DNA of 64,000 nucleotides from NCBI GenBank assembly GCA_040954595.2, contig CM082578.2, forward strand, positions 13,484,304-13,548,303. The letters are read 5' to 3'. The translations under genes were made by a program, and so were the position numbers. Source of the DNA: Balanoglossus misakiensis. Its lineage: Eukaryota > Animalia > Hemichordata. The notes beneath the pieces are model-generated. The model did no database searches, was not told the origin of the DNA, and saw nothing but the letters and a program-made list of their open reading frames with translations. Below are positions 1 through 13,420 of the stretch, piece by piece (positions within the stretch are counted from its first letter, which is position 1; every line of letters starts with the position of its first letter).

Positions 1-298
1 CTCACTGGTCACATTAGATCTTGTTGGGGAAAATGGGGACCTTTTTGGGGATAAGTTTGAAGGCAATCTGCTGAGGCAAGATTGATCAAATGAAAATAAA
101 TGATAGTCTAAAAGTCATGGCGGATTCTGTTGCGATATCAATCCGTCTTTGCTAAACTCTATCGTCCTCCCAAGGTTTCGTTTGAGCGTGACACCAGTCT
201 TGGTACCACCAAGGTCTGGGCCTTTGACAGATTATAAGTTCACATTGGCATTTTTGAATAAATTTCGAATAAATACGAGTAAATAAATATGAATCCTA

Positions 299-1423
299 CT
301 AACCTGGTTTTTTGCAAACGAACCCTCTTTCACTACTGCAACTTTCGTCGTAAATTGTATGAGATAAAACGGACAGACGGACGCAGTCCTCAGAATCACC
401 ATCTGGTTCATTAGTCTTCCATGGTTTGAAACTTGCTAGGTCGCCGTCGACTGTTTTGTAGACACCCTCCGAATCTATGTCCGATAAACCCAACCATGGC
501 CCTGGTCCACTGAAGAATGATGTACAATTATAGACATTTTTAAGTCCTAAATTGACTTTTCGTCTATACAAAACCCAGGAATTAGTCTAATAGCAAGGAC
601 TCTTCATTATGGATTATTCATAAATAGCTGAATGTTGAACGGATTACCCAGAGATTGTTCAAATTGTGGTATAAATTTAAAATCACCCTTCTCCTTAAAT
701 GTGGAAGGTAAATATATTAATAGTGCACGGCGTCGTTTAGAGACACCGACATTGTGGAAGAAAATTTGAGCGATGATTGGAAGATAATATTCACTAATGT
801 TTTTCCTCTGACATTTTTAAAGTGTCTTCGTACTATCCTTAATATGTAGACAACATACTTAATTAGAAAATCTACCACAACTTCAAAATTACCTGTCATC
901 TAGGTAAGCGTTTACCCAATCTTGAACGACGTCTAGCTCTGCCTGGTCGCTAAAATACGCCAGTTTTCCTAGTCCGTTTGAAACACAATGTGATTTCGCC
1001 CCACTCCAAGTCTTCTTTATGTCTACGGCTTCATATATGTACGAGTTGTATATCATAGGGTTCAACCCTGTAATACACGGAAAAGAAAAGAATAGTAAAA
1101 ACAGAAGCCGTGGGTCGTTGTTGATTTCAAACAACTAGGCTATTGAAAGTGTTGTATCAGGCCTATACGTTGTCATACAATGAAGTACGGCCGAGATACA
1201 TTCAAAGCTGTACTGAAAATTACCGACTGTAAAAAGTCGCTTTCTGTAATGGTCGACGATTTTAAAAATCTAGTTTTGATAATGCGCATTCAATACGGAT
1301 TTTTCCGTTAAAAGTTGATCTCATTGCGATAGTAGAGTACCCACCTGCAACAATTTCTATGTGATTAACGTGTATGTAAACGCAAGTTACAGTGAAAGAT
1401 GCGAACCATGTAAGCCACGCCAT
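299..1423 (-). CDS. Secreted C-type lectin domain protein; 3 coding exons (1345-1423, 893-1067, 299-509); may continue downstream
   Basis: GT-AG junctions join in frame (phase 1, then phase 2). The product reads MAWLTWFASFTVTCVYIHV... (hydrophobic leader), KTWSGAKSHC, GKLA, PWLGLSD, WKTNEPDG, EDCV, YDESC, FVCK, which is the canonical CTLD pattern. The TAG at 299-301 lies within a possible donor (CCAG|GTTAGT). Confidence 0.85.
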
Positions 1424-2998
1424 TGGTGAGCGGTGCCGATCAAGTGTTTGTAACTTCATATTATTTAGATTTAGTTAACTCACAACGAATACATATCACC
1501 TGCGCAAAAGTTCTGCGATGACACATGAATTCATACATTTCTTCGTCATTATTGCCATTGTTTAAAATGAAAGGGAAAATGTATGACAAATTTGCCTTTG
1601 CATTTATCGATATGTATTGACTCAATGTAAACCCGGGCCTTCCTCTTCACAATGTGAACGTTGCCTTAGGCGCTTGGAGACCGACCGTAAACAAACAAAT
1701 ATAATTTATGGATTTTTGTTAACCACATATCCATCTTGTCGATAAAGCTGATGAATAGCAAAACACAGTGAATGAAAAATATTTGTGCACCAATTTAAAT
1801 AACATTTTCAAATCTATCTGGAACATCAACAATAAGCCGGTTGTTTAATTACTGCTCATTTATTAGAAATAGAGCATTACCTAATTAAAATCGTCGTTGA
1901 AGTTTTCTTAAAACTGCCCAAGGTGTTTTAAAAGTACCATGAAACTTATCTTATGAATACGTGAACAAATCCCTCGATTGCACGCGTTACATTTGCCGAG
2001 ACGAAAAGCAGACCTAGCGTGGCAGAGGTAGACGTGATGCCACCACTGAACAGTGTCTTTAGGTGGTCATAGTTTTATTTTACAGCTTTCCCCATTTGTT
2101 TCTTGGGGGCAGTAATTTACTTACCTTGAATGTTAATAGATATCGTCTTCTTCTATCTGCGATTGGATCTACAGCTACAAATAATTTATACTCCATGCAT
2201 CACGCTCACTGGGCGTCGTTTGTATTTTATCATTCTCCAGCCAGAGTTGGTCTTATATGCAGAGTGGGTATGGTGTCTAAGGATATTCATGGCATGGTGT
2301 AAGCACGCGGAAACGTTTCTCGTTAGGCATAATATAGTCTTGGGACTAGTAAGGTGATTAACATTTCTTACAGTTAATTAAAAGTTTTCATTTCCATTAC
2401 AGTGGAACATTTTTCGCGCAGGTATATTTATTCACACACTTTATACATGGCGTATCAATCAAGTCGTACATGCATTGCGATGTGACAGGACACCTTAATA
2501 CTACATGTATACCACGAACGCCAACTATTCTACTTTACTAGTATGTCAAGTGATATCATCTCACACAGTTGACTATATGAGATCACTCCAGTGACCTAAC
2601 GTCACATTCGACACGGGCAAAAGTTTCAGTAAAACCGGTTTTGTAAAATCTTGACTGTTCATTTCACGGGTCGATGTTAACCTTTTAAGAGTTGTCAGCA
2701 GACAGATACGTTCAGAGTGAAAGATAGAAATCTCTTCTCGTCATAGTACGCCTGCATCATTAGAGGTTGACAGGTTGTAAGCATTTTTTGTCAATCGAGG
2801 ACAAAAACAGCACAGTAGATCTTTTACATGACCGTATATACATTTTGAAACTTTGCCGAAGATACAGAGATAGAAAATCAAATTATAAAGAGAGGATCCG
2901 GCATGCCTCGTTGACAATGACAGCTAGCTGCGAATCCGATATATATATGTTTGATGAACTGGCCAAAGTAGCGCAGTATCTTGAGTGGGGATCTTGTC

Positions 2999-5900
2999 TT
3001 ACATCCAGACCGACAGTAGTGCAAATAGGGCGGACAGTAGAATGACAGCATTGGCCTGGTTAGAATTAGCACCTGCAAATAAATGAAAGAAAATATCAGT
3101 TTGTCTGAACATGTAGGTGTTTCTCTCTATGTCTGTGTCTGTCTATCTCTTTGTCTCCTCTTCCTCCCCCTCTCTCTCCCTCTCCCACCCCACACGTTAT
3201 CGATTAATGTCTATTCACCGGACTCTGGTGCGGTCCAGTGGTCTTCTGGGGGTTGCCAATTCAAATCCCAGCCAATGAGGTCATCGTTCTTCTCATTTTC
3301 AGCTTGTAGCCAATCGACGAGTGGTTTGAAGAACCGCGTCAGTGGTTCTGCACTCATTTCTCGTTGCCCGGTGATTGCTTCCATGGCATCTGGCCAGGGC
3401 CTACTTGCACCGAGCTTCAACATATCTCTATAAAGATGGGAAAAAATGAATCGGAGGATAGATCAAACCGATGGTATAACTGAATGAACGTCTTATTATT
3501 TATGTAATAAAGATACCCCAATATAAACAGTGGGATACTTACCCCAATAATTTACCCGCTTCCTTGGACTCATAGATATCACATCGATGAAGTCTGCTGT
3601 TGGGGTCATTGGGGTCATATTGTCCAGCTTCGATACACACAGATTCGTGGAATTGAAATTGTATGATGAAGCTTATAAAGTATCTGGAAAGGGAAGACAG
3701 ATCAGAGAATAACTTACTAAATTAAGAAATTAAACTCGTTGCTATAGTTCAGTCGACATTTGCAATGTAAAACCAATGTCTTCGAAATTTTATTGATACC
3801 AACATGACTGGCGATACATAATTTTAGAAGACTAATACGCCTACCACGAAATGAAAGATCCAAGCCAATTACCTTATGTATGGTACGTTAGCCGGGACAT
3901 GATACTTGGCACCTGCGTCGAAATCTTGCACTATATCACTTCTTTTGACTGGTGATACGACACCTTGGACGGCCTTTCTGTGGTGTTCAAAGAAAAAATG
4001 TGTCGTGGCATATACACGGTGATATTTGGTGGTGCAAAGCCTTTTCAAATGCGCTCTTGTTGATGTTGATATCGGTGGTGATGATAGTGACAAAGGCGAC
4101 GACGATCAGGAAGAGGAGCAAGAGGATGATGATGAAGATGACCTTACCTAAGTTGCCACCATCTCTCATTGTAGTTGTATTCTGTTGTGTTTCCGGCGAA
4201 AATCTCCCATCGCCACAAGTCAACCAGGAGACCAAATGGCAGGAACGCGATCTTCTGCAAGGCCATGGTCATCAGGAAATTCAAATCACTTTCTGTGTGA
4301 GACCAAAAACAACCAACCATATAAAACCATTGTATAAAATGTAACTATGTTATGATGTACCAATTTGCAAAGCACTATCAGGCAATTACACCGGATGTAT
4401 TACTACAATGCGGGTTCAAACCTTCATCGTCTACATAATTGTCGAGTAATCCGACTTTCTGGAGATGTTCTGGCGTCTGAACTGACAGAGTGATGACGTC
4501 ACCGACAGCCTCGTGGAATCCAGGATTAGCGCCATCACGGTACTCGACGGGGTGGGGTGCATACTGGAAGAAGTATTGAGTGTGTCCCATTTCGTGATGG
4601 ATTGTGATCAGATCGTCGTGGGTGATCTTTGTACACTGTTTAATCCTGTCATGAAGGGCAAAGCTCGAGTATCAGTTAAAAATCAATACAAACTTAAGTG
4701 CATAAAATATTGTGGACGTTCATAACGGGCTTGTATACATGCGTGCAACGTGGAACCCTTCATATCATGATAGTATCTTTGTTCAGCCAGACACTCTGTT
4801 GTTTTGTAGGAACACAAGACGGAAAATAAAGCAGGCAATACCTGAAATCCTTCCTGTTGTAGAAATCCCAGGCTGAAGCATGGCAAACAACCTCCCTACC
4901 ATCGTCAGGTCTTTCAAACATTGAGTCAGTCCAGAAACTTTCAGGCGATGGAATCAGTCCAAGAGAAACGAAGAAATCCTCCGAAAGCTCAAACATCTGT
5001 AGTACTGTGTATCCCTGTTTATTCGGTGAAAATAATAACCACTAAGTAATTATGCTCTCTCAAAAAATATTCTATTTTTCAGTGTTAAATGTGTTTTTTT
5101 CGTCGTTAATCACCTGCGTTGGACATTTTAATACTGAGAAGCGGACACCTGCATCTGTGGACGGCTTTTTGTGTCTATCAGTTCATAAATATGTAAAATA
5201 ATTTAACTTCCATTGTTCTTTACTGTAGCTGTTCTTATGACAGCGTTCAGGTCACTCATCACACGGGGAACGTAGGGATAGAAAAAAGGATTCGATATGT
5301 TCGTCGTGGACATGATTTTCGGGTTTTAATGTTCAATCGACAAAGTCATTGTCGTGAGCTAAGGGAATGTCAAAACAAGAAAGGTTGTCCGGTATTTGTT
5401 GAGATAAGTATGGCTAGTTGGTGGTGACATCTCCCACAGATAACTAGCCACTATCTACTGGCAGTGTCATGCACCCCTCTTCACAGCGTGTGATAAACTT
5501 CGACCTGACTAGGGTCGCAACACCAGCTTTCATAGGCAACAGCACAGCAATGCAAATAGAAGAGGAACAAAGTGACCTTGTCCACAGAAGGATGAGCATA
5601 AGTAGGCCTTCATGTAATTACGAAAATTTGGTAATGATTTCTTCGGTTCGACTTATAAATAATGACGTATACAACACGCGGTGAATCTCTGCGGCAGTGT
5701 GACATGTTTAGGGCAATTTGACAAGATGCTTGGTGTCATAAAAAGACATATTCTTCACTGACGTACCTGTTCAACAAGTTCATCAGTGACGTCAATCGTT
5801 GGTTTATCGGGATACGGCATTACGAGGTCACTTATAGCCATCCAATCCTGCGCCCACATGTTACCTGTACAGGGTATACGCAAATTCACATATTTATAAG

Positions 5901-8680
5901 TAGGAAAAATAATACATTCATAGAAAATAAATTGTATGTACAAAATCTTGTTTTGTGAGAATCAGCTTTGGCATTGAATGTCTCGGCCTCAGGGACAATC
6001 AGGCCACAAAGGGCATCATTCGGCCAAGACACAAGTACAGAGGTCAGTGGCAAAATAATATTATTTCTTTCTTGAAGAAAGATTGAACTTATAAAGGGAT
6101 CGAAGAGTGCACGTCATGATAAAAATCTTATCGCACGACCTCGCCTATGAGTACCTGCGTATTGTCACGCGACGCACTTGCTAGCCCAATCCCATAATGC
6201 ATCATTGTCAAAACTTGTTATCCCATGCATCACACACGTCAGGCATGACTGGCCTGAGATGTAAAACGCACCTAGTAAATGCGCTGGTATAGCGCCGTAC
6301 AGACTGACGTACTTCTCTCCGTATTCCTGGCTGAGTTTGCGTCTAACGTAAGCATGCAGCTGTTCGTACAGTGGTTGGACTTCAGTCCAGAGTCTCATCA
6401 CTTCTTCCTCGAAGTTGTCCATTTCATACCAGGACCTCCAATATGCACCCATGTCAGGTTGATCTACAAACAAAGGAGAGGAGCCGCGTGTAGGAACAGA
6501 CAAATTGGCACTCTTTTAGCTAATTTGACTGAGGTGGACTTTGTAAATTCACTTACTCAAGAGTATCAATTTATACCACTTCCTACAGACATACGACCTA
6601 TATGTTATCACCATTTTACATAGTATTACGTGAATATTGATTTTTCAAGAGACCACTTTAAAACATCAGATATCTGTTGAGATCATCAGTCTTCAAACAT
6701 AATTACATGATGCCAATGCCTATTTTTATCGTCAACGTAATGCGTTGTAAATGTATTTATTGACCATAGAATTATTCAAGTATGAAGCAACGGGCAGGGC
6801 ACATAGATTTTGGTAACATTACCATTCAACACGGCAGCTTCGTTGGATAGATCTACATATCTGGGATACAACTCTTTAATTCCAGGACCACAGGCGTCAC
6901 GCCATCCTTCCCATGCCCATACTAACTCATTGTAGTCACGACTGTTTGCCATCACGTCGTATAAATCTGAAAAGGTATTAAACAGGGGCGTGGGGAACAT
7001 AGCTGATACAAGGTGTGTGGGTGTGTGTGCATTTTCCAGTATTTATAACACGAGTGCTGATCATATACTCGCGCCGCGAATAGCACCCTGGGAAAGAACC
7101 AGGCTGAAATTGCGCAGTAATGTCATCTTCTGCGTCTAAGTGTGTTGCAGATTTGTTCTCGAGTAATCACAGAAATCTCAAGGCGGCTAAAATCTTGATG
7201 TTTTTAATTAAATACCTGGATCCAAAACGTAGCACTTATCCGGATCTTCATCTCCCGGTTTGTCACACACTGTTCCAGTTGAGTAGATGGCCTCCATGTC
7301 TGCTACAATCTTGTTAAACTGCGCATGAGTGTAAATAAGACAAACCAACCAAAGTCACCATACGAAAGTCAACCTAATTAGCGAATGGGGTTCAAACGAA
7401 ATTGTGAACAATTTGAGCTCCCTTTACTTTAAACTTGATGATCTATGTCGATTCCAACTTCAGCATTCTTTCTGTATAATATGACAAAATCCATTTTCAC
7501 TTCCACACCTTGATCTTACCTCATCAAGCTTGTCTTCTTCCAAGGCAGCAGTGCCAATGTACACAAGTTTGTCAAGTCTTCTGTCAGTGTCAAAGGTGTA
7601 TGCTGACCTATCAAAGACGAGAGCGCAAGTGCGGGAATCTTTTTGAAATTGCCCGGCCACTGCAGACTCTTCCAACTGTTGATAGGAAAAAAAGAACGAT
7701 TAGTACAGCAAGATAGCAAGTTTGTAGAAGCTTTTGGGAAAATAATGTATTATTGGTATTTTGTCTTATTCTTTTGTGTACTTTACAACTATAATATAAT
7801 TGCCGTAATGAGAGATTGATGTGAAACTCCTGGCGAATTTTGAAGTACAAAATACACAAACGTTCCGAATGTTACTCCCGTCATCAATACAATACAATGA
7901 GAGTTGTTCCCATATGTTCGCGTTTTGGTTTGAAGATGTGGGCTTTATTCAGTAATAAGTATTCTTCTCGGCATACAGTGGTAGTACTGCACTGCCCCCC
8001 CTTTTCACTTGACCTAGGGGTCCGTTTCCAGCCTGTCCGTTAGGAATTGTGATTTTAAGTTATCTTCCGTAGCTCGGTGATGAAGCTATTCTAACTCCAC
8101 CCAAACAACGAATCATCTGACAACAATGGCAAGATGATAGCGGATGACATCAAATACCAGTATTTTTTATCTTGTCATTCAAATGTCCGCAAGATAGAGA
8201 TAATATGTACTCTAACCTAATATCAATAGATGTACAAGTGCAGGTCCATTTTTTTCGAAATTATATCTCTTCAGTAGCAAATGAAATGAGCGAACCATAA
8301 TGAGTAGATTTTAAAAGCGAAAAATAACGAAAATAACTTTTCCAGTGTTCCCATACAACGCGTGACGGTGAACACTGAACTTTCCTACATTAACGCTTAA
8401 AGTTTTTTCTCCAATTTCTAGATTATCTAGCGCAAAGGCGTCTTACCATTTTTGCTTGGTTTTCCATTGTGATGTTGGTGTTGTAGTCCCATGATGCAGA
8501 AATAGCGTTGAAGAAGACTATTTCAGCCTCTGGGTTGTACGTGTAGTTTAACCACTCAACAGCGATAGCTTCATCAGCGATAACGCCCTCGCCTTCAGTG
8601 CAGTTAATGGGTGATTGACCCAGTGAAAAAGACAGCCCGGCCAGCAAGGCCAACAAAGTGGCGCAAATATAGCGGGACAT
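2999..8680 (-). CDS. ACE: Angiotensin-converting enzyme-like peptidyl-dipeptidase (peptidase M2), single catalytic domain, about 665 aa, 13 coding exons
   Basis: Exons 8447-8680, 7520-7675, 7216-7318, 6823-6966, 6272-6463, 5767-5864, 4842-5014, 4422-4645, 4148-4292, 3873-3977, 3543-3683, 3219-3427 and 2999-3072 are all GT-AG and phase-consistent, summing to 1998 nt. Motifs: signal peptide [48 protein letters not shown] (zinc), [35 protein letters not shown]. Confidence 0.95.
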
Positions 8681-8743
8681 GGCGATCCGCTCCGCGCAAA
8701 TGTTCTTCTGTTTCCACACGACAGATTAAAAGTTCTGTGTCGG

Positions 8744-8755
8744 GGTCACGTGACC
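8744..8755. promoter_or_regulatory. Palindromic GGTCACGTGACC (CLEAR/USF-type E-box) about 65 bp upstream of the ACE start codon
   Basis: Perfect 12-bp palindrome containing GTCACGTGAC, in the proximal upstream region of ACE. Function is inferred only. Confidence 0.4.
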
Positions 8756-10332
8756 ACATGCATAACATGCAAAGGTACCTGGGTTATTATCTTCGAGGGT
8801 AATACGCGTGCGCAAGGCGGTGAATTATTTCCCATTTGGACAACTATTCGGAGCCGGTGATTGTGCTGAATATGAGTTAAGCATTTCTACGCCAAATTTA
8901 AAGTGGGACCGCAGTGGAATTAAGTTTTGTACTTTTCTGTGTTATCCCAGCACTGCTTTTGTTTGTTGTTTTGCTTTATTTATTTATTTGACTTATTTAG
9001 ACAATGAAGAACAAACCTGTAAAAAAAATCACAAACGACCAACTGTTGAGTTCCTCATTCAGTCCGTTTGCATACTTGACTCTGTTGCCGCGCCTGCCTG
9101 GCATTTCTGTAATCTGAGGTACCTGCAAAATAGTGAAACTTACGCTGTGCTCCCTATGACGTACAATTCAAATCAGTTTTCTCAAATCAGTTTTCTGATA
9201 GCGTGGATACCGAAATAGCAGTCCAGCGTGGGACCACGAAACAATGCCTGAAGACAGTATTTGACGCCATTTCACAAATTTTGATCAAACAGCATACCAC
9301 ATTCAGTGAGGATGATGTTGAAATTTAGCTGTGTGAATTCTTCCCTGTTCAGTGTTTGAATTAAATTCGCACCCGGGTATTTAGTGACAACCAAATTTAA
9401 TGAAAAAGATAGGCTATTTATCTTTATCTGTGTAATTCATTGCATGCGGGGTTTCAATTATTCTCATTGACATGCGTGAATATCAGGGCTGGTAGTATTA
9501 ATTACATTCATTGTTTCAATTTCTGGTCTACATGTAATTAGCAGACGATATTCTCACATATTTAGGTTCTTGCTCAATACCCCCCCTCTCCCCCAAAAAC
9601 CCCACATGATTATGTTAACATAACACTTTCAGCGGTGACATGACGTGCACATGCCAAATAAACATGTACATAATTACAAATGTGAGCTTTTTTAACTCTC
9701 ACGTTTTTTTTTACCAGTAAAATATGCGGGTTCTGAATTTAGTGTAGGCAAAATATGAAATGAGATTCTGAATTTAGACTGTGCTTAATGTGACTAGGTC
9801 TTACTCTAGCAGCATGCGCACGCCATGCCTTTCTAACGCTGATATCAAACGGGAGCCATCCATATTTTTGTCAAAGAGTGTCATCAAATGGTACTTTGGG
9901 TAGTCTAAATTAACACTAATTGCGACGGTAACTAAGGCCACGAAACTGTCACCGAAATACTGAAACCTGCCATCCGCACACATATCCTGGGCGGCTGTAA
10001 CGTTTCATAACCATTCCATTCAAAGTACTCCATCGTGAAGGGTTGATTTTCTGCTGTCAAAATACAGGTAAGAGACAAACGAGCGAAACATTTCTTCTGT
10101 TTATAACGGAAATATTTAATACATACATGTATTACGTTCACATTTTTCTAAATCTGACTGCGTCGTACACCTGGGGAATCCTCACTGGGGAATAGATTTG
10201 CCCCGCGTTCACATTTGATCGTGACTGAGAACGGAGAGTCGTACAGCTTACACCTGTGAAGATTTGTGGATGTGAAGGAGTACATCTGTCAACGTCTGTT
10301 CGGATCACAAAAATTTCATATTGCAGATCACG

Positions 10333-10960
10333 ATGAAAGCATGCAGGATGAAATGGAAGCTGATGACGTCATCACTGTTTGTACTTCTCTTGACATCCTG
10401 GATTTTGTGTCGTCTCTTGGGAAACGGAGGTAAATGCTGACGCGAGAATCTTGCAAACCATCCCCAAGACCAAAATGTTTATTGCATTATATGCCCATGC
10501 ATGGGTGTGAAATATTCTGGCGTTTAACGACTTTGCAATTTGTTACAACAATCGATCGTTTCATGAACCGTATTACACTTTTTACCAGTTTGTGAGTTCC
10601 TCAACTTACACGATGTAAATCTTAATGTTCCGTCACTTCCTTCGACTTACCAGTATCTGTAGCTAAAAACCGTACCACAAATCCAGGAGTTGTATGCTCG
10701 CATATGTGGTGTGTATCGCCTACACAACTGATTTCGTATTTCAAATGATATGGTTTTCTGTATACTCGTAATCAGACATAAAGAAGACTGACAACGACTC
10801 GTTGAGGACCACCCAAAGATACGGGTTGCTATGGGATACAAGGATGTCCGGGACTCCAAAGGGATACAACGCTCTGACTAGATTCGTGGTAAGCTGCTTT
10901 GCTTGTGATGGTCTGTGTTATTCTCTGAGCTACTGACATGGCAGTTTCGGTCACTGGTGG

Positions 10961-11026
<66 letters not shown>

Positions 11027-11872
11027 ATATTTTGTCAGACAGACACAGAGAATATATACAAGCGACGGAAAGATGTTCTGCTGGAAGGCTGTCAAAAGAT
11101 GAGCAAGAAGGAAAAGAGCAACACTGGGCCGATTCTTTATGAAGACAAATACAAATTAATATATTGCCCTGTTCCAAAAATAGCCTGCACAAATTGGCGT
11201 AAGGTGTGGTTAGTACTTTCACAACTCTACAAATCCACAGAGGGCATACATCACTTCATTGTGCACGAGAAGTATGCCCGATTCTATCCCGATCTGCGAG
11301 AACTCGACAAAGCAGGACGATTAAAACGAACTGAAAGCTATCTCAAATTCATTTTTGTCCGCCATCCCTTTGAGCGTTTGTTGTCTGCCTTTCGGAACAA
11401 GTTCGAACTGGCCGATGAATGGAATCTACATTTTTTCAGGCAGTATGGGCCGGAGATTATTCGACGTTATCGACATAACCATGGTGGGAATACTAGTATG
11501 TCGACTATCGAATTTAGTGAGTTCGTTCAGTTTCTCATCGACAGTCCCGACCCCACACAGTTGGATGAACACTGGAGACCGATATATCACCTGTGCTCTG
11601 TATGCAATTTAGACTATGACATAATTGGAAAATTCGAGAATCTTAGCGATGACGCCCTCTATGTTCTGCGACGAGCTGGTATAGATCATGTAGTTCGCTA
11701 CCCGCTAACGGATACACACGCCACCAATAGTTCAATCACTGAAACTCTTCAAAGATACTACTCTACACTGACTTCTGACAACATTATGAAATTGTACCAA
11801 TTGTACAAATACGATTTCCAACTCTTCGAATATCCTTTTCCTGAGTCCTTTTTAAATTGGACAAAACCGTAA
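10333..11872 (+). CDS. Carbohydrate sulfotransferase (Sulfotransfer_2; HNK-1ST/CHST8-14, CHST11-like), type II membrane, 347 aa; exons 10333-10429, 10776-10888, 11039-11872
   Basis: Exon 1 encodes MKACRMKWKLMTSSLFVLLLTSWILC (short cytosolic tail plus TM). Junctions are phase 1 and phase 0, both in frame. The catalytic exon has YCPVPKIACTNW (5'-PSB), FVRHPFERLLSAFRNKF (3'-PB), HWRP, YDIIGKFE and Y.YDF.LF.Y. Confidence 0.92.
10961..11024. repeat. (TGA)~21 trinucleotide microsatellite in sulfotransferase intron 2
   Basis: Directly visible perfect repeat, lying between the donor at 10889 and the acceptor AG at 11037-11038. Confidence 0.95.
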
Positions 11873-12199
11873 ATAAAACTTTTCTAGGGAAATATATGAC
11901 AATACAAAAATTACTTGCTTCCAAACATCTTGCTTTTCGATTTGTACATGTACTGTATATTATCGCCAAATCAAACATTTGCAAGTAACGTGGTCAATCA
12001 TACAAACGTATTCTGGTAAAGTACGCTTCTATATTCACATTTTAACAAAATTTATAGCAAATCATTTTGACAGTGAAACTGCAGCGGAGAACTGGCATGC
12101 ACAACTCATTGTTAGGCGCTTCCAGTCGGCGAGAAACCTCAAATAATATTTTTCAGCTGTACCATGTGTATTAATTTGTCACGGTGATTTTGCTTGGCT

Positions 12200-12450
12200 T
12201 CACTTGCGTGTTGGTGTTGCTATGGTGACCGTTACTGACAAGCTACAGACGTGATAGATGTGAAGTTTCCATCACGCCCTTGGCGGGTGATACTCGGCCT
12301 ATTGTACACCAATCAGAAGCGCGTTTCTGGGTCACATGATCAGCCTGTTTACCATGTGCTTTTCTGGGAAGCGTGGGTCTGTGATGAAGACGGAGCTCAA
12401 AGTGTCGGCTCTGTGCAACTTTTCCTTTCCTTGCCACCTTATCCTTTCCG
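12200..12450. promoter_or_regulatory. Putative promoter: RFX X-box-like GTTGCTATGGTGAC (12216-12229), CCAAT box (12309-12313), GTCACATGA E-box (12331-12339), CpG-rich
   Basis: Several motifs cluster in locally GC/CpG-richer sequence. No downstream coding exon could be assigned with certainty. Confidence 0.45.
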
Positions 12451-13169
12451 GATAGACAGCCCCATGCCACCGGTCGCGAGATTAAGTCGTGTTTACCTCA
12501 GTAGTTCGATGGGGGACGATTTTCGTCGAGAGGCATGCTTTCTGGCGAGTTCCGACCACCGTGTTTAGAGACAGTGGTGTTGTGAGAATCTCGTTCGCGT
12601 TTGCTGTTGCAACTTGCAAGCTACCTAATAATATTCATAAACAGACCGTTCGGGATTTCCGTCAAAATTCGTAGCATCTGCGGGATTGTTAGGGCAACTT
12701 TGTCAGAACCCCCTTTCGAATATTGGCCAAGGTCTGGGCGTGTATGCACTCTGGGCACCGTACTCCTCACGGGACCTGATAACTCGGGTCAGTGCGACAC
12801 GTTCACCTTGGGCATTTGTATCGCCTTTCAATTGCTGTGATTTGAGAGCTATAGTGTTCATTTAGCGTTTAGGCATTCATCATCCGATTAGATCTAGCTG
12901 AGACTTAGCTGCAATAATTGTAGCTCTTGTTTTTTTTCTGTTGGGTTTGCCATCTTAGTCATGTAGCGGTTCCGCCGAGATATTGTCAAAATGTCAAAAG
13001 AAGGCGGAAAACGCTACAGTTACTGCAGTAATACTAATAGCTGAGACTCTGTGTCGACAGTCCCCCTTTTTAAGGTTGGCGTGTTGAGCACAGGGCCGGG
13101 ATGAGGCCAGGTTGGGGTAGATATGAGCGTTTCCCCTGGGACAGTAGGTCGAAGTTCTAGATAGTAGAC

Positions 13170-13420
13170 GGTTAGGGACCGGTCAGTTTTTACGGCCTAA
13201 GATGAGAAGCAGGCTCTTGGAAGCAAGCTTTTTTCCTCCACAAGTGCTTGTGTAATGTTTTCGGGGGCGGGGTCATATTTTTTACTGTCAAGGGGGAAGG
13301 GGTCATCATTTTTAGGTCCTCTGGTGAAGGGGTCTGCCTGATTTTTAAAAACCGATGGGTCCCTTGGATGCAATGGAACGATCATTTTGTGATATGGCAC
13401 AACAACTTCAAACATTTATG
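13170..13420. repeat. Probable non-autonomous interspersed repeat (MITE-like) fragment
   Basis: Starts TAGGGACCGGTCAGTTTTT and has internal reiterated GGGGTCAT...TTTTT units. No coding signal. Copy number cannot be tested here. Confidence 0.3.

Noticed and set aside
3987-4235. Short ORF with an apparent TM helix ([17 protein letters not shown])
   Set aside because: It is an off-frame read of ACE exon 4148-4292 running into a low-complexity (CAT/CTT)-rich intron.
10829-11142. Poly-Met (+) and poly-Ser (-) ORFs
   Set aside because: Both are translations of the intronic (TGA)n microsatellite. The sulfotransferase splices around it in frame.
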